Below, piece after piece: positions 19,624 to 29,516 of a stretch of DNA of 64,000 bases. The position numbers were made by a program, and so were the translations under genes. Source of the stretch: a virus. The DNA lies in the IMG/VR virus record IMGVR_UViG_3300020205_001800, positions 36,627 through 100,626 of that record; one strand, given 5' to 3'. The notes under the pieces were generated by a model. That model did no database searches. It was not told the origin of the DNA and saw only the letters and a list, made by a program, of their open reading frames with translations. The stretch's first letter is position 1; each line of letters starts with the position of its first letter.

Positions 19624-20174
19624 TACTTACCGCAGGTTGGGCACTTGTTAGAAGAAGTTTTCTTTGCTGGTGCTTTCCCAAATTTAGGGCGACCAAAGCC
19701 AACAATTGAAATCATTACGCCAGCTTTGTTCTTTTTAAAAGCACGAAGTTGTTTGCAAACTTCTCCGCCATTTCTTTGGCTTCCAGACTTCTTTGAAGAT
19801 GTATTTCCTTCAATACACCAAACGGTTCCATCTTCATTGTCTTTTACAACAATACCTACGTGAGAAATTCTATCAACACCATCTGAGGGGAAATCAAAAT
19901 AAACGATATCTCCTGGTTCTGGGTCTGCGATGTCTCCATCAATCCAAGCGCCAGCTTTTTTAAAAGCCTGCGCTCCGCCTGGTGTGTAAACAGTGTTAGG
20001 AATTTTTACGCCAGCTTCGTTCCCGCACCAGTTAATGAAACTTCCGCACCATGGTTGGAAGTTAGCCTTTGTATAAGCACCGTACTTTGTCTCGTTGTCC
20101 TTAGGACCCTCGATAGTACCTAGCTCTGCTGTAGCAACTTCAATAAGGCGTGCCGCTGTTCCTTGATCTGCCAT
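19623..20174 (-). CDS. CHAP-domain peptidoglycan amidase / endolysin
   Basis: PWCGSF catalytic Cys, PGDIVYFD, SHVGIV catalytic His, IEGNT. Confidence 0.9.
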   Translation of the reverse strand: MADQGTAARLIEVATAELGTIEGPKDNETKYGAYTKANFQPWCGSFINWCGNEAGVKIPNTVYTPGGAQAFKKAGAWIDGDIADPEPGDIVYFDFPSDGVDRISHVGIVVKDNEDGTVWCIEGNTSSKKSGSQRNGGEVCKQLRAFKKNKAGVMISIVGFGRPKFGKAPAKKTSSNKCPTCGK

Positions 20175-20584
20175 TAGTCTTTATCCCAATCTGTATCAAC
20201 TGGCTGTGGTTCTGGCATAGCACCGTCTGGCTTTGCTGCTAAACGAGCAGCTGTGGCATCGATCTCTGCTTCAAGTTTCTTATCCGCCTGTGTGTTCTTT
20301 GCGTCCATCTCTTTGTTGGACAACTGTGCTGCCATAATGTCTTTAGCACCAGATTGACCAATAAGAATACCCGCAAGAGTTCCTGTAATAAAAGTAGCAA
20401 TGCTGCCTAACACGTTAAAGAACATCTTGTCATTCTCTGACTGCGCTCCGATAGGCTGGGTTACGAATAAAAGACCGTAAAGAATACCTAGAGATGTGCA
20501 CAGTAGAATAGTTCCTAGTGTTATGCCTAGAATGAACTTTAATCTAGCGTCTAGGTCTTGTGGTGTTAGTTTTTCTCTACTCAT
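20174..20584 (-). CDS. Two-TM membrane protein
   Basis: Two hydrophobic helices and a charged C-terminal tail. Confidence 0.8.
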   Translation of the reverse strand: MSREKLTPQDLDARLKFILGITLGTILLCTSLGILYGLLFVTQPIGAQSENDKMFFNVLGSIATFITGTLAGILIGQSGAKDIMAAQLSNKEMDAKNTQADKKLEAEIDATAARLAAKPDGAMPEPQPVDTDWDKD

Positions 20585-20783
20585 TTGGTGTTCCTTCTGG
20601 TTGCGGGGTCTTAACTAAGTCTACCGGACAAGTCTGTGTTGCAGTGCAAATAGGTGGTTTACACTCTTCTACTTCCCAGTTTTTTGGGTCTTGACATGGA
20701 TATCTGAAGAAACCGTCATAACCACAACTGGTTAATGACAGTGTCAACAGTAGTGTGGCTAGTCCGCAGGTAATTTTTTTCAT
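20577..20783 (-). CDS. Small Cys-rich lipoprotein
   Basis: Signal peptide with lipobox LTSC; RYPCQDP..W...C.PP.C....C. Confidence 0.8.
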   Translation of the reverse strand: MKKITCGLATLLLTLSLTSCGYDGFFRYPCQDPKNWEVEECKPPICTATQTCPVDLVKTPQPEGTPNE

Positions 20784-20950
20784 TCATCATCCTTTGGGTT
20801 ACGTAGTGGATAAGTAACCGCCCATGCAAATAACGTTCCAATAATTGCGTACCCCACAATGGTCTTTGCAGATCCATCAAGGACTACCCAAGCAATGAAC
20901 ATGCCTAGCAGAGTCCATAGTTGATCAATCATGTCTCTTATTACTCTCAT
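20780..20950 (-). CDS. 56-aa two-TM protein (not in ORF track)
   Basis: MRVIRDMIDQLWTLLGMFIAWVVLDGSAKTIVGYAIIGTLFAWAVTYPLRNPKDDE; ATGA overlaps on both sides. Confidence 0.8.
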   Translation of the reverse strand: MRVIRDMIDQLWTLLGMFIAWVVLDGSAKTIVGYAIIGTLFAWAVTYPLRNPKDDE

Positions 20951-23637
20951 GGCTTACGTCTCCTGACTCCCTTTGATTCTCCAGAAGCGCCTCCGCCTCC
21001 AGAACTTCCTCCTCCACCAGAACCACCAGTGGATGAACTACCTGCAGCACCAGCGGCAGCTCCTACAGCGTTCATAGCAGCACCTGCGGCTACAACCGTT
21101 GCAACAACCATGTCAGTTGCTTCTTCGCGTTCTTCAGTGGACATATCAGCACCGATACTTCCTAGTGCTTGTAGTGCCTGCCCAGGGTCGCTAAATATTG
21201 CGCCAATTAATTCGGAAGGGCTCTCTAGTAAAACTAGGGCCGCAGCTACGTCTGCTGTAATTATAACTTCATTACCGTTTTCATCCTGCCTAACCTCGAC
21301 CGGAGTATCTTCTGGTAGGTCCTTATACTCAATGCCTGCGTCTTGAATTTGCTCTGATGTAAGGGTTTCTCCAGGGGCTACTGATTCAATAAGTGCTTCT
21401 GCTACCAATTCTTTTTCAGCGGTAGTTAACTTGCCGTCTTCTGATAAAGCTTCAGATAGGGCGCTTACTTCCTCCGCAGTAACTTCTCCGTCTGCATTTA
21501 GAGCATCCATAACAGCCTCGGCATCGGCAACAGTAAGCGTGCCGTCAGATATAACATCCTCTACGGCAGCCGTAACCTCTTCAGTTTCTGTGATAGGCTC
21601 TGGTTCTGGCTCTGGAGCAGGTTCCGGAGCAGTTTCTTCAATAGGAGGTTCTAATGGTTCTGTGGACGGATTTTCTGGCTCTGGCTCTGGTGTCACTGGT
21701 TCTGGTGTTGTTTCCTCGGGTGTGGAAGGTTCAACAGGCGCCTCGGGCTCTACGGGTGGCGTTTCGGGCTCTACCGGTTCTGGTAGGGGCTCTATGGGTG
21801 GTAATGGCTCTTCTGTGGCAGGTTCAGTAGGTGGCTCTACAGGAGTTGGTTCGGGCTCTACAGGCTCAACAGGAGGCTGTTCTGGCTCAGGCACAGGTTC
21901 AGGCTCGACTTCTGGGGTTGGTGGCAGAGGTTCTACAGGATTTGGAGAAATAGGCGATGGATCAGGAGTCACAGGATTTTCAGAAGGTGTGGGATCTGGA
22001 GTTGGAGCGGGCGCGACAGGCTGTGGATCAGTGGTTGGCTCAGGGTTCTGAGGAACTACTGGTGGAACAACTTCTGGAGCAGGAGGATTTGGAACGGGAT
22101 CAACTACAGGAGTCGGTTCGCTCGGCTGTTGAGGTTGCGGTTCAAGCACTGGAGGTGCTGGGGGCACATAAGTTTGAACAGCTGCCACAGCCTGAACCAC
22201 AAGTTGAGTTGCTGAATCCGCCAATTGATCAGCAACAGCAATAGTTGCTGTTGCGCTATCTGTAAGAGTAATTAATGTAGCAACTTCAGTTGCTTTAACC
22301 TCTGTTTTATCTACTACTACTACTTGAGCAGCGGCAATAGTTTCCGTGCTTACCTCAGTCATTGGCTTTACAGGTTGCCCTGCAGCCTCACGAACACCAA
22401 TACGAGGACCATTATGAAGAGCGGTAGTATTTCCTGCAACGGTTCCTACACCAGTCCATTCCCCTGTTGTTGGATTGACTGTCATCTTCCAATTTACATT
22501 TGTAATAGGACTATTTGGTTGTGCAAATTTGTGCAAATTCCAATCGACTTCTAAAGTAGTTTCGGTAGTTTTTACAACAGTTGAAGAGCCATTTGCGTTA
22601 TCGTTCATAAAGTCGCTACCAAAGACTGAGATGTGTGCTCCAGCAGGAAAATCCCACCAGTTATAGTCGCCATTACCAAAGGTAATAGTTGCTTTTGAAG
22701 TTACGTAAATTTGGCTAGCTGTTCCTTGGCCCTCATAAATTGTGTTGCCCATCTTAATATCAAACGGGGTTTGAATTTTAGTCGCACCGTCGTACATAAC
22801 TGGCAAAGTAGTTGTGGTAACTGTTGGAGTTTCAGGGGTAACAGGAGCAACGTATCCGGTTGTTGTGTACACCTTAGTATTCTCTGTTGCGGTTGTTAGC
22901 ACCTCTAAAGCAGTCTGGGCGTTAGTTAAATTTGTAGTGGCTGTAGCTACAACAGCTGTCTGAGAGTCCACAGCCTGCACAGCTATTACAGCTACGGCTG
23001 TAGCGCTCTCGGCAACAGCAAGGGCTGTAGTGGCAGCTGTGATTTCAGGGGCTGCTGAGGAAACTGCTGCTGCAGTTGCCGTCTCAACAGCTGCTGTCAA
23101 TGTTACAGTTGCGCTTTCAATTTTTTCTTGAACGGAGGCTATTGATGGAGTTTCTGGAGTCGTGGCAGGGGTTGTTGTGGTCGTTGTACCTTCTGTTGAC
23201 TGGGTGGATTGTTGGGTGGATTCAGACGAGGGAGCCGTTGATTCGGAAGGTGAAGGCTCTGGAGTCGGGGTTGGAGTTGGACTCGGTTCAGAAGATGGAG
23301 CGGATTCTGATGTTGGAAGAGGAGTTGCGCTGGTCGAAGGCGAAGGTTCAGGCGCAGGAGTCGGACTTGGATCGGATGCAGAAGAAGTTGGTGTGGAGCT
23401 CGGGGATGGACTTGCCTCAGCAGAATATGTCGTACTGGAGGTTTGAGGGTCCGAAGTTGCAGAAGAGGGTTGTGGACTTGGAGATGGAGTTGGAGTCGCT
23501 TCGTTCGAAGACGGTGTGGAAGCAGGACTAACTGCAACCGTATCTACAGTCGGATCTGTTGCTTCTGCTGAATTTTGTCCCAATATAAGCAGGAATAGTG
23601 CGAGGATTAGTGCTGCGAATATGCGCAGTGCGATTAT
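20947..23637 (-). CDS. Large Pro/Glu/Thr-rich secreted, C-terminally anchored surface protein; probable ATA/ATC start
   Basis: In-frame signal peptide IIALRIFAALILALFLLILGQNSAEA extends upstream of the TTG at 23583; SD AAGGAG at 23649-23644; C-terminal hydrophobic stretch and RRRKP. Confidence 0.75.
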   Translation of the reverse strand: MIALRIFAALILALFLLILGQNSAEATDPTVDTVAVSPASTPSSNEATPTPSPSPQPSSATSDPQTSSTTYSAEASPSPSSTPTSSASDPSPTPAPEPSPSTSATPLPTSESAPSSEPSPTPTPTPEPSPSESTAPSSESTQQSTQSTEGTTTTTTPATTPETPSIASVQEKIESATVTLTAAVETATAAAVSSAAPEITAATTALAVAESATAVAVIAVQAVDSQTAVVATATTNLTNAQTALEVLTTATENTKVYTTTGYVAPVTPETPTVTTTTLPVMYDGATKIQTPFDIKMGNTIYEGQGTASQIYVTSKATITFGNGDYNWWDFPAGAHISVFGSDFMNDNANGSSTVVKTTETTLEVDWNLHKFAQPNSPITNVNWKMTVNPTTGEWTGVGTVAGNTTALHNGPRIGVREAAGQPVKPMTEVSTETIAAAQVVVVDKTEVKATEVATLITLTDSATATIAVADQLADSATQLVVQAVAAVQTYVPPAPPVLEPQPQQPSEPTPVVDPVPNPPAPEVVPPVVPQNPEPTTDPQPVAPAPTPDPTPSENPVTPDPSPISPNPVEPLPPTPEVEPEPVPEPEQPPVEPVEPEPTPVEPPTEPATEEPLPPIEPLPEPVEPETPPVEPEAPVEPSTPEETTPEPVTPEPEPENPSTEPLEPPIEETAPEPAPEPEPEPITETEEVTAAVEDVISDGTLTVADAEAVMDALNADGEVTAEEVSALSEALSEDGKLTTAEKELVAEALIESVAPGETLTSEQIQDAGIEYKDLPEDTPVEVRQDENGNEVIITADVAAALVLLESPSELIGAIFSDPGQALQALGSIGADMSTEEREEATDMVVATVVAAGAAMNAVGAAAGAAGSSSTGGSGGGGSSGGGGASGESKGVRRRKP

Positions 23638-23731
23638 TTATCTCTCCTTAAGAACTATGCTCATACTTTAACATGACACGGTGTATTTTGTGTATCATAG
23701 TTACCCTTACAACTTGATTTTTGGAGACTTA

Positions 23732-23938
23732 ATGACACCTCAAGACTGGGCAGCGTTTGCGCTCTCAATAACTTCTTTAATCGGCGCATTTGCAATAATG
23801 ATTCGGTGGATGGTTAAACATTACTTATCCGAACTTAAACCTAATTCTGGCAGCAGTTTAAAAGACGCCGTTAATAGGTTGGAATCAAGAATTGACGACC
23901 TATACTTTATGCTCGCAGATCGAAACAACAAGGAGTAA
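23732..23938 (+). CDS. Single-TM holin-like protein
   Basis: TM helix, then ELKPNSGSSLKDAVNRLE; SD GGAG. Confidence 0.65.
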   Translation: MTPQDWAAFALSITSLIGAFAIMIRWMVKHYLSELKPNSGSSLKDAVNRLESRIDDLYFMLADRNNKE

Positions 23939-23940
23939 TT

Positions 23941-24228
23941 ATGAAACTAGATCCAAAATTAACAGCAGCACTTTCATCTTATGGCCGCGCATTTTTAGCA
24001 GCGGCGCTCGCAGTATGGAGCACAGGAAATCATGACCTTAAGGGTCTAGCCGCAGCAGGAGCTGCAGCAGTTCTTCCTGTAGTACTTCGTGCTTTGAATC
24101 CAAAGGACCCAGCATTTGGCCTAGTAAAGCTTGCTTTGCCAGAAGTTGAGAAGCAATTGGCGTCTATTTTGGCAGATTCAAACAAGAAAGCTGCAACTAA
24201 GAAAGCCACAGCCAAGAAGACGAAGTAA
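23941..24228 (+). CDS. Putative holin
   Basis: SYGRAFLAA, two TM segments, LRALNPKD, basic tail. Confidence 0.7.
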   Translation: MKLDPKLTAALSSYGRAFLAAALAVWSTGNHDLKGLAAAGAAAVLPVVLRALNPKDPAFGLVKLALPEVEKQLASILADSNKKAATKKATAKKTK

Positions 24229-24237
24229 ACTTTAGGC

Positions 24238-24771
24238 ATGCCTCAATCACATCAAAACTGGCAATACCTAGGAGCTAGCGGTTACATTGGTGCCTACACC
24301 ACTACAGGTGGTGGCGGTACTCCAATCGTACCTCGCAGCTCTATGGATTTCTTGCGTCTTGGTGTAGGTCGAACCCCTTCCGCAGAGTATCCAGACGGTT
24401 ACTTGGGAACAATTCGTTCTCGACGTGATGATAAGGGCAACGGTTCAGACACCGTCCTAGATTCTTTGAAGTCTAGACAGACTCAACGAGGCTACCAACG
24501 AGGTGTGCACAAAGGTGAGCGTATTGATCCAGGTCAATATATGTGGCCCGATAACTTAAAGCCAGATCGCAGACTTAATCTACGAGTAAAAGAAGTAGAT
24601 TTAGATGGTGGACTAACTATGAACGTAGTTCGTGATGCCCCTAAGTTTGACTTAGCCCCAGCTCCACACTTAGTTAATGATGGTAAAGCAAACGTTTCAG
24701 CAAACGTACCGGCTGAGTTTAACCCTAGAGTGGCCCATCAGTTTACCCACTTAAAGCCACGGTGGAACTAA
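24238..24771 (+). CDS. Hypothetical protein
   Basis: TAAACT 6 nt before ATG. Confidence 0.75.
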   Translation: MPQSHQNWQYLGASGYIGAYTTTGGGGTPIVPRSSMDFLRLGVGRTPSAEYPDGYLGTIRSRRDDKGNGSDTVLDSLKSRQTQRGYQRGVHKGERIDPGQYMWPDNLKPDRRLNLRVKEVDLDGGLTMNVVRDAPKFDLAPAPHLVNDGKANVSANVPAEFNPRVAHQFTHLKPRWN

Positions 24772-25031
24772 TGTCAGAGTTATACGATCAAAATCAAGAT
24801 CCTAAAGAGGATAAGCCTTTTACATTTAGAGATGCCCACCATCTTGCAGGTCGCATGACCATCATGTCTCGCAGCGGTGTGGGGCCTCCTAGAAAAAATA
24901 TGGGGCACGGAGCAGAGTGCCACGAATGTAGCCAAGGTATTTTTGAAGATACTGAAAAAGAATTAAGTAGAGACAGTCATTTTAAAAAGGCTATGAGCAA
25001 ACATAACGATAATTTAGGGGAGGGTAACTAA
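24771..25031 (+). CDS. Hypothetical protein
   Basis: TAATG coupling. Confidence 0.65.
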   Translation: MSELYDQNQDPKEDKPFTFRDAHHLAGRMTIMSRSGVGPPRKNMGHGAECHECSQGIFEDTEKELSRDSHFKKAMSKHNDNLGEGN

Positions 25032-25843
25032 TGGCTACAGAAAGACCTGCCGTCCCTATGCCTACTTTTACTAACGTAGACTCTACTCCAAGTCGGTCAT
25101 CTAACTTTGAAAGCTCGACAGCTCCAAAAGGAGAAATAGTTAACTCTGCTGCAGTAGCTCCACGAGCTGCCAAAGCAACTGACGAAACTCCAATTACTCG
25201 CGCAAACTTGTCTATGAAACCAGAGCCTCGTGCTTCTGAGAAGTCACCAACACCTGTAGATGAAGATGGCATTCCCTTTTTAACCAACGAAGGTCCAGAA
25301 GGAACATCTTTAAAGCATGCATTGGGTATCACCGGAAACACCGATGCGCGTAGATCAAGCTATAGCCCAATCCCGCAGTATATAACTATAACTAAGCCCT
25401 CTTCTGGACCCGCTACTAAACCAGGTCGAGCAAAGAAATTAGACACTACGACTGTTGATAATAAATATGGCGGTACAAGAGAAGATGTAGGCAACAGCCG
25501 TACTTACTATAAGCTTAGCGATATTGTAAATCACCTTGCTTCACGTAAGCATATGTCAGATAAAGATGCCGCCCTTCACCAAGAGTATTCAGCCCGTTTA
25601 GAAGGTCATCAAAAGAAAATTGAAGCTCTTAAAGCCGCGGGAGAAACTGTACCTACGCTTAAAGATAACCGTACATTTATTAATAGCACATATCATTTGC
25701 CTAAAGGCCGAGCACATTCTTCGTTTATCACAACCGGTGGTGGCCGTAAAAAGGTTCAATTTACAACTCAAAATATTGCTGATGCAATTAAAAAAGCTGG
25801 TGGTGTTCACCTAGCTACACGCTACCCTTACACAGAGGAGTAA
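25031..25843 (+). CDS. Hypothetical protein
   Basis: TAATG coupling. Confidence 0.7.
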   Translation: MATERPAVPMPTFTNVDSTPSRSSNFESSTAPKGEIVNSAAVAPRAAKATDETPITRANLSMKPEPRASEKSPTPVDEDGIPFLTNEGPEGTSLKHALGITGNTDARRSSYSPIPQYITITKPSSGPATKPGRAKKLDTTTVDNKYGGTREDVGNSRTYYKLSDIVNHLASRKHMSDKDAALHQEYSARLEGHQKKIEALKAAGETVPTLKDNRTFINSTYHLPKGRAHSSFITTGGGRKKVQFTTQNIADAIKKAGGVHLATRYPYTEE

Positions 25844-25846
25844 CCT

Positions 25847-26200
25847 ATGCCAGGATCACAAGATAGTGTTTATGACCACAGTAAGCCTCGTGACATTGTC
25901 GATAACGGCCCTAAGATCCGTTACGACTACATGGGACCTTTTGCTAGTACAACCGAAGCTTTATTAACTAGAGCTGTTCGTTCTGTAACTTTGCCTAAAG
26001 AGATGGTTCAAGACATTGTTCGTCCACCCCTACCTCAAATTCAACTGTTCCCGCCACGGTTTGGGTACAGAACCCGTCAACTAGGAATCATGGACGTAAT
26101 GAATGTAGACGAACAGTTTGAGCCTACTCGCGTAGATTTTTCTGGATCACCTACATCTATGCAAGGTACTTCACGAAATATGACTGAAGGAATCTGGTAA
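25847..26200 (+). CDS. Hypothetical protein
   Basis: SD GAGGAG. Confidence 0.7.
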   Translation: MPGSQDSVYDHSKPRDIVDNGPKIRYDYMGPFASTTEALLTRAVRSVTLPKEMVQDIVRPPLPQIQLFPPRFGYRTRQLGIMDVMNVDEQFEPTRVDFSGSPTSMQGTSRNMTEGIW

Positions 26201-26370
26201 TGGAAGAGGAATACACTACTGAAACTATCTATGACGGTAGTGTTCTTTGTCCCAAATGCGGAATGTTTATGAATCCTTTGGAAGCAATGTACACAGATGG
26301 TAAAATGTGTCCAGCCTGCCGTAATGATCTTTATGGCAAACATATGAGGAGTCGGATGAATGGCGACTAA
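26200..26370 (+). CDS. Small zinc-finger protein (not in ORF track)
   Basis: CPKCG...CPAC; TAATG coupling. Confidence 0.7.
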   Translation: MEEEYTTETIYDGSVLCPKCGMFMNPLEAMYTDGKMCPACRNDLYGKHMRSRMNGD

Positions 26371-26656
26371 AGCGAATTCTGGGGGCAAAGCCCCACGTCC
26401 TAAATCTATGGGCCCTAAGATGACAAAGTCTGGGGCACCTAAGCCTAGGATTACTAAACCAAAGGGTGAGACTAAAACCTTTGCATCAGTAGAGAGCTGG
26501 GAAAAGAAATCTACCGGCCATTGGACATCCGGCCAGTCCAGTGCCCTTAACCCCGGGTCAACCGCAGCCATAACCCGACGTCGAAGCTCTAAGAAGTATC
26601 AAGCAATGAACAAGAAGGTTATTAGGCCTAGAGTTCGTAAACAGGCAGACAGATAA
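26360..26656 (+). CDS. Basic hypothetical protein
   Basis: SD GAGGAG; Lys/Arg-rich. Confidence 0.65.
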   Translation: MATKANSGGKAPRPKSMGPKMTKSGAPKPRITKPKGETKTFASVESWEKKSTGHWTSGQSSALNPGSTAAITRRRSSKKYQAMNKKVIRPRVRKQADR

Positions 26657-26680
26657 TAAAACTAGAGAGATACTGTGCTT

Positions 26681-26809
26681 ATGGGAAAACTAGTAGACCA
26701 CGAAGGCAAGCCTGCCAAGTATAAGGTCGCGCCCTTAAAGATTAAAACTGCTGCCCAGGCAGCAAAAGAAAAAGAAGCTGCAAAAGCTAAGAAAGCGGTG
26801 AAGAAATGA
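26681..26809 (+). CDS. 42-aa Lys/Ala-rich protein (not in ORF track)
   Basis: GATACT 6 nt before ATG; ATGA overlap with the next gene. Confidence 0.6.
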   Translation: MGKLVDHEGKPAKYKVAPLKIKTAAQAAKEKEAAKAKKAVKK

Positions 26810-27363
26810 AGTTTGTACCTCGTCGTGAAACTGGGCGCAAAGCTTTTAAGTTTGGTAATTTAGGCGTTTTAGGTGGAAAGAACGGCGCATCAGTAAGTCT
26901 GTGGGATGCAGCAGACGGTCAGCGTCCTGGTCCACAACCAGCTGATGGCTTTGATAGAGCAAGTTATTCTAAAACATCGCCAAAATCAAAGAGAGAAGAA
27001 GGCGCACCTGATTACCATCCAAAGAAGGAACACGCTTGGGAAGGCGACGTAGATAGCTACGGTCGCAAGGGTGCTATGAAAGATAAGCCTAGTTATGGAC
27101 CAACTGATCGAGCAGAAACTCCAGAAGAAGAAACAGCTCGCGGAGCGCGTATGGAAGTAAGTGATACTGTAACACTTCTTGGCAGCACAAAAAATGGTCC
27201 TTATAAAACTCGTGCCCCTATTGATGCAGACACACGTAGTAGAGGCAAAGCAATTGTTAAACAAAATAAAGATAGAGGAAAGCCTAAGTCGCTACCAACT
27301 AGAGACGATGTTGATAAAGCTACGGCAAAGCCTAAAAAGAGTACAAGTTTGTGGGATGACTAA
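26806..27363 (+). CDS. Hypothetical protein
   Basis: ORF track; operon coupling. Confidence 0.65.
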   Translation: MKFVPRRETGRKAFKFGNLGVLGGKNGASVSLWDAADGQRPGPQPADGFDRASYSKTSPKSKREEGAPDYHPKKEHAWEGDVDSYGRKGAMKDKPSYGPTDRAETPEEETARGARMEVSDTVTLLGSTKNGPYKTRAPIDADTRSRGKAIVKQNKDRGKPKSLPTRDDVDKATAKPKKSTSLWDD

Positions 27364-27391
27364 TGTATGACCAAGCAAAGGATAAAAAATA

Positions 27392-27673
27392 ATGGCAACT
27401 AACGAATCACGTTCACTAAATACCTCTATGAACGAGGGAGCAACTGACGGCAAGTACCGTAAAGTTCGTCCTAATACAACTGTTGCACCAGGAACCGGCG
27501 AAGATCTAACTCTTGCTAACCGTCGTGGACTACACCCATACTGGAACTATGACTTTATTGACCAGGAAGCGCCTTCCAAGGTTTCTCCAGGATCAATAAC
27601 AGCAAACTCAAAGCCACGTTCACCAATGCCAGTTGCTGATATCAGCAACAATCAAATGGGTGCTAACTACTAA
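27392..27673 (+). CDS. Hypothetical protein
   Basis: SD AAAGGA. Confidence 0.7.
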   Translation: MATNESRSLNTSMNEGATDGKYRKVRPNTTVAPGTGEDLTLANRRGLHPYWNYDFIDQEAPSKVSPGSITANSKPRSPMPVADISNNQMGANY

Positions 27674-27687
27674 GTTAGGACTTAATT

Positions 27688-28581
27688 ATGGCAAAAGTCT
27701 CACTTGAAGACTTGGGTGATGGCAATCACGAAGATGGATCAAGAGCTACGGTGTTCTCACCCGAAGCCACTACACTTGACCCAGAAACTAATACTTTAAC
27801 CGCAGAAGCTGTTGGCCGTCGTACGTTTGAGTACAAAGGCAACTTAGTAGCAAGCAAAAACAATAGAGGAAAAGATAGCGCCGTATCTTGCGAATACGGT
27901 GGGGTACATCATTCCGGCTATGCTACGACCGTTTTACGCCCTGCTGGTCAAGACCCTATTGCTACTTGCGATATGCATGCAAAGCATCACCTAACAAAAG
28001 TAGACCCATCTACTTACGCAGAAAAACTTACTGATCACGAAACCTATAGAGTAGAGCGTGCTAATCTTCAAGATGAGGGCTTGTTTAGAACAGAGAATTG
28101 GGTTAATCAACAAGTTGGCAAAGATTTTCCTTTCACAACTCGTAACAAAGAGACTAGAGGTCCAGGCGCACCTACAGGTAGCCGTGAGGGTTTAATAGAT
28201 TCAACTACTGTTATGCCCCCAAAGCACCATATTCGTGCAGCGCACAATGCTATGGAGTTTGCTGTTGATAACGGAGATCATACCGGTCCTAATTTTGAGG
28301 CTTATTTACACCACGCTATGACCATAGGTGGCCTCACCGTTCCAGAAGCTAAAAATGCTTTGATCCACGGCGTAAGAAGTTACGAAAAACAACAAGGAAT
28401 TATGAGCGTAGTTCCACGTACGCGTAACAAAGTTGCAGAAGTTGCAGATCAAGCGGCTAAAGATTCTGGCCCTACAGACCAACGAGACGCTATTTTTAGA
28501 GAGTCTGCTGGAATGATGGAAGACATTGGCACCAGCACCGGTAGAGAGTCCAAGAGAGCCCAGGCACCGGCCGCAGAATAA
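27688..28581 (+). CDS. Hypothetical protein
   Basis: Long ORF with SD. Confidence 0.7.
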   Translation: MAKVSLEDLGDGNHEDGSRATVFSPEATTLDPETNTLTAEAVGRRTFEYKGNLVASKNNRGKDSAVSCEYGGVHHSGYATTVLRPAGQDPIATCDMHAKHHLTKVDPSTYAEKLTDHETYRVERANLQDEGLFRTENWVNQQVGKDFPFTTRNKETRGPGAPTGSREGLIDSTTVMPPKHHIRAAHNAMEFAVDNGDHTGPNFEAYLHHAMTIGGLTVPEAKNALIHGVRSYEKQQGIMSVVPRTRNKVAEVADQAAKDSGPTDQRDAIFRESAGMMEDIGTSTGRESKRAQAPAAE

Positions 28582-28619
28582 TATTGTGCTAGGATTCCTT
28601 CATAACAAATGGAGGATCT

Positions 28620-29198
28620 ATGGACATTCCTATTTTAGGTGGCGGACTACCCGCTGACCAAGGCAGCTATACAGAAGTTAAAGACGATGGCCCACGCATT
28701 CGTTTACTGTACTGCTATAACTGCAAGACAATCGAGGAATTACCTGACTTTAAAGGTAATCCAGACGACGACGTAACTCTTCAAGTTCTTATTGATCGCC
28801 ACGAATCTGCTGGAATTCCGCACAACGGGTTTTTGTCAGATATTGGGGTAAAAACTTGGTCTCAAGAAAAATTTAGAAAAGAGATCATTAAGAATTTGCG
28901 TAATAAAGTTGGCGGTGGACTTGCCGATTTAGATCCCGATTACTACACGACTAAAGCAACGTTCTACGATGACGCGATGAAGTGTTATTCAGATCATTTG
29001 CGTCCCAAAGGAGCTTGTGGGGATTGGCGTGCAAAGAATAAACGCTTAGTACCAAAGAACACAGCAGATCTTCGCAAAGAGATTGGGTTAGTTTCGGCAG
29101 AGAAGTCTGCAGGAACTAAAGTTTTCTTGTGCGATTTTTGTCCAGTAAAAACATTCTACGCAACCCAGCAGCGCAAGGCCGCTGGCTTATACGACTAG
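28620..29198 (+). CDS. Hypothetical Cys-containing protein
   Basis: CYNC, CDFCP; SD GGAGG. Confidence 0.75.
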   Translation: MDIPILGGGLPADQGSYTEVKDDGPRIRLLYCYNCKTIEELPDFKGNPDDDVTLQVLIDRHESAGIPHNGFLSDIGVKTWSQEKFRKEIIKNLRNKVGGGLADLDPDYYTTKATFYDDAMKCYSDHLRPKGACGDWRAKNKRLVPKNTADLRKEIGLVSAEKSAGTKVFLCDFCPVKTFYATQQRKAAGLYD

Positions 29199-29205
29199 GA
29201 GCATC

Positions 29206-29463
29206 ATGTCAGAGGAAACAACAACACCGGACTCACCAAAACTAACTACAGGTTTTGCAGTTTTAATTGATCACGACGGAAACGTTTTTATTGAACGTAC
29301 TATGGGAGTACTTACTGTAGAGGTAGGGCGTGAGGCAACTCTTATTGAAGTTCGCCGCTATTGCTCAGAGATCCTTATGGACATTCAGGCACAGTCTGCG
29401 GCCGAGTACACGGTGATGCGTTTAGCGCAAGCAAACAAGCCTAAAGAAGCTGAACAAGAATAG
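29206..29463 (+). CDS. Hypothetical protein
   Basis: SD AGGAG. Confidence 0.7.
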   Translation: MSEETTTPDSPKLTTGFAVLIDHDGNVFIERTMGVLTVEVGREATLIEVRRYCSEILMDIQAQSAAEYTVMRLAQANKPKEAEQE

Positions 29464-29516
29464 TCTTTCCCGTTGTTTGGGGAGACGTAACGACGAAGAC
29501 AATGAAGAATAGGAGT

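Noticed and set aside
20921-23537. Several long overlapping ORFs (e.g. 21431-22051 +, 23076-23531 +, 23139-23537 -)
   Set aside because: These are shadow frames of the low-complexity Pro/Thr-rich gene and have no RBS.
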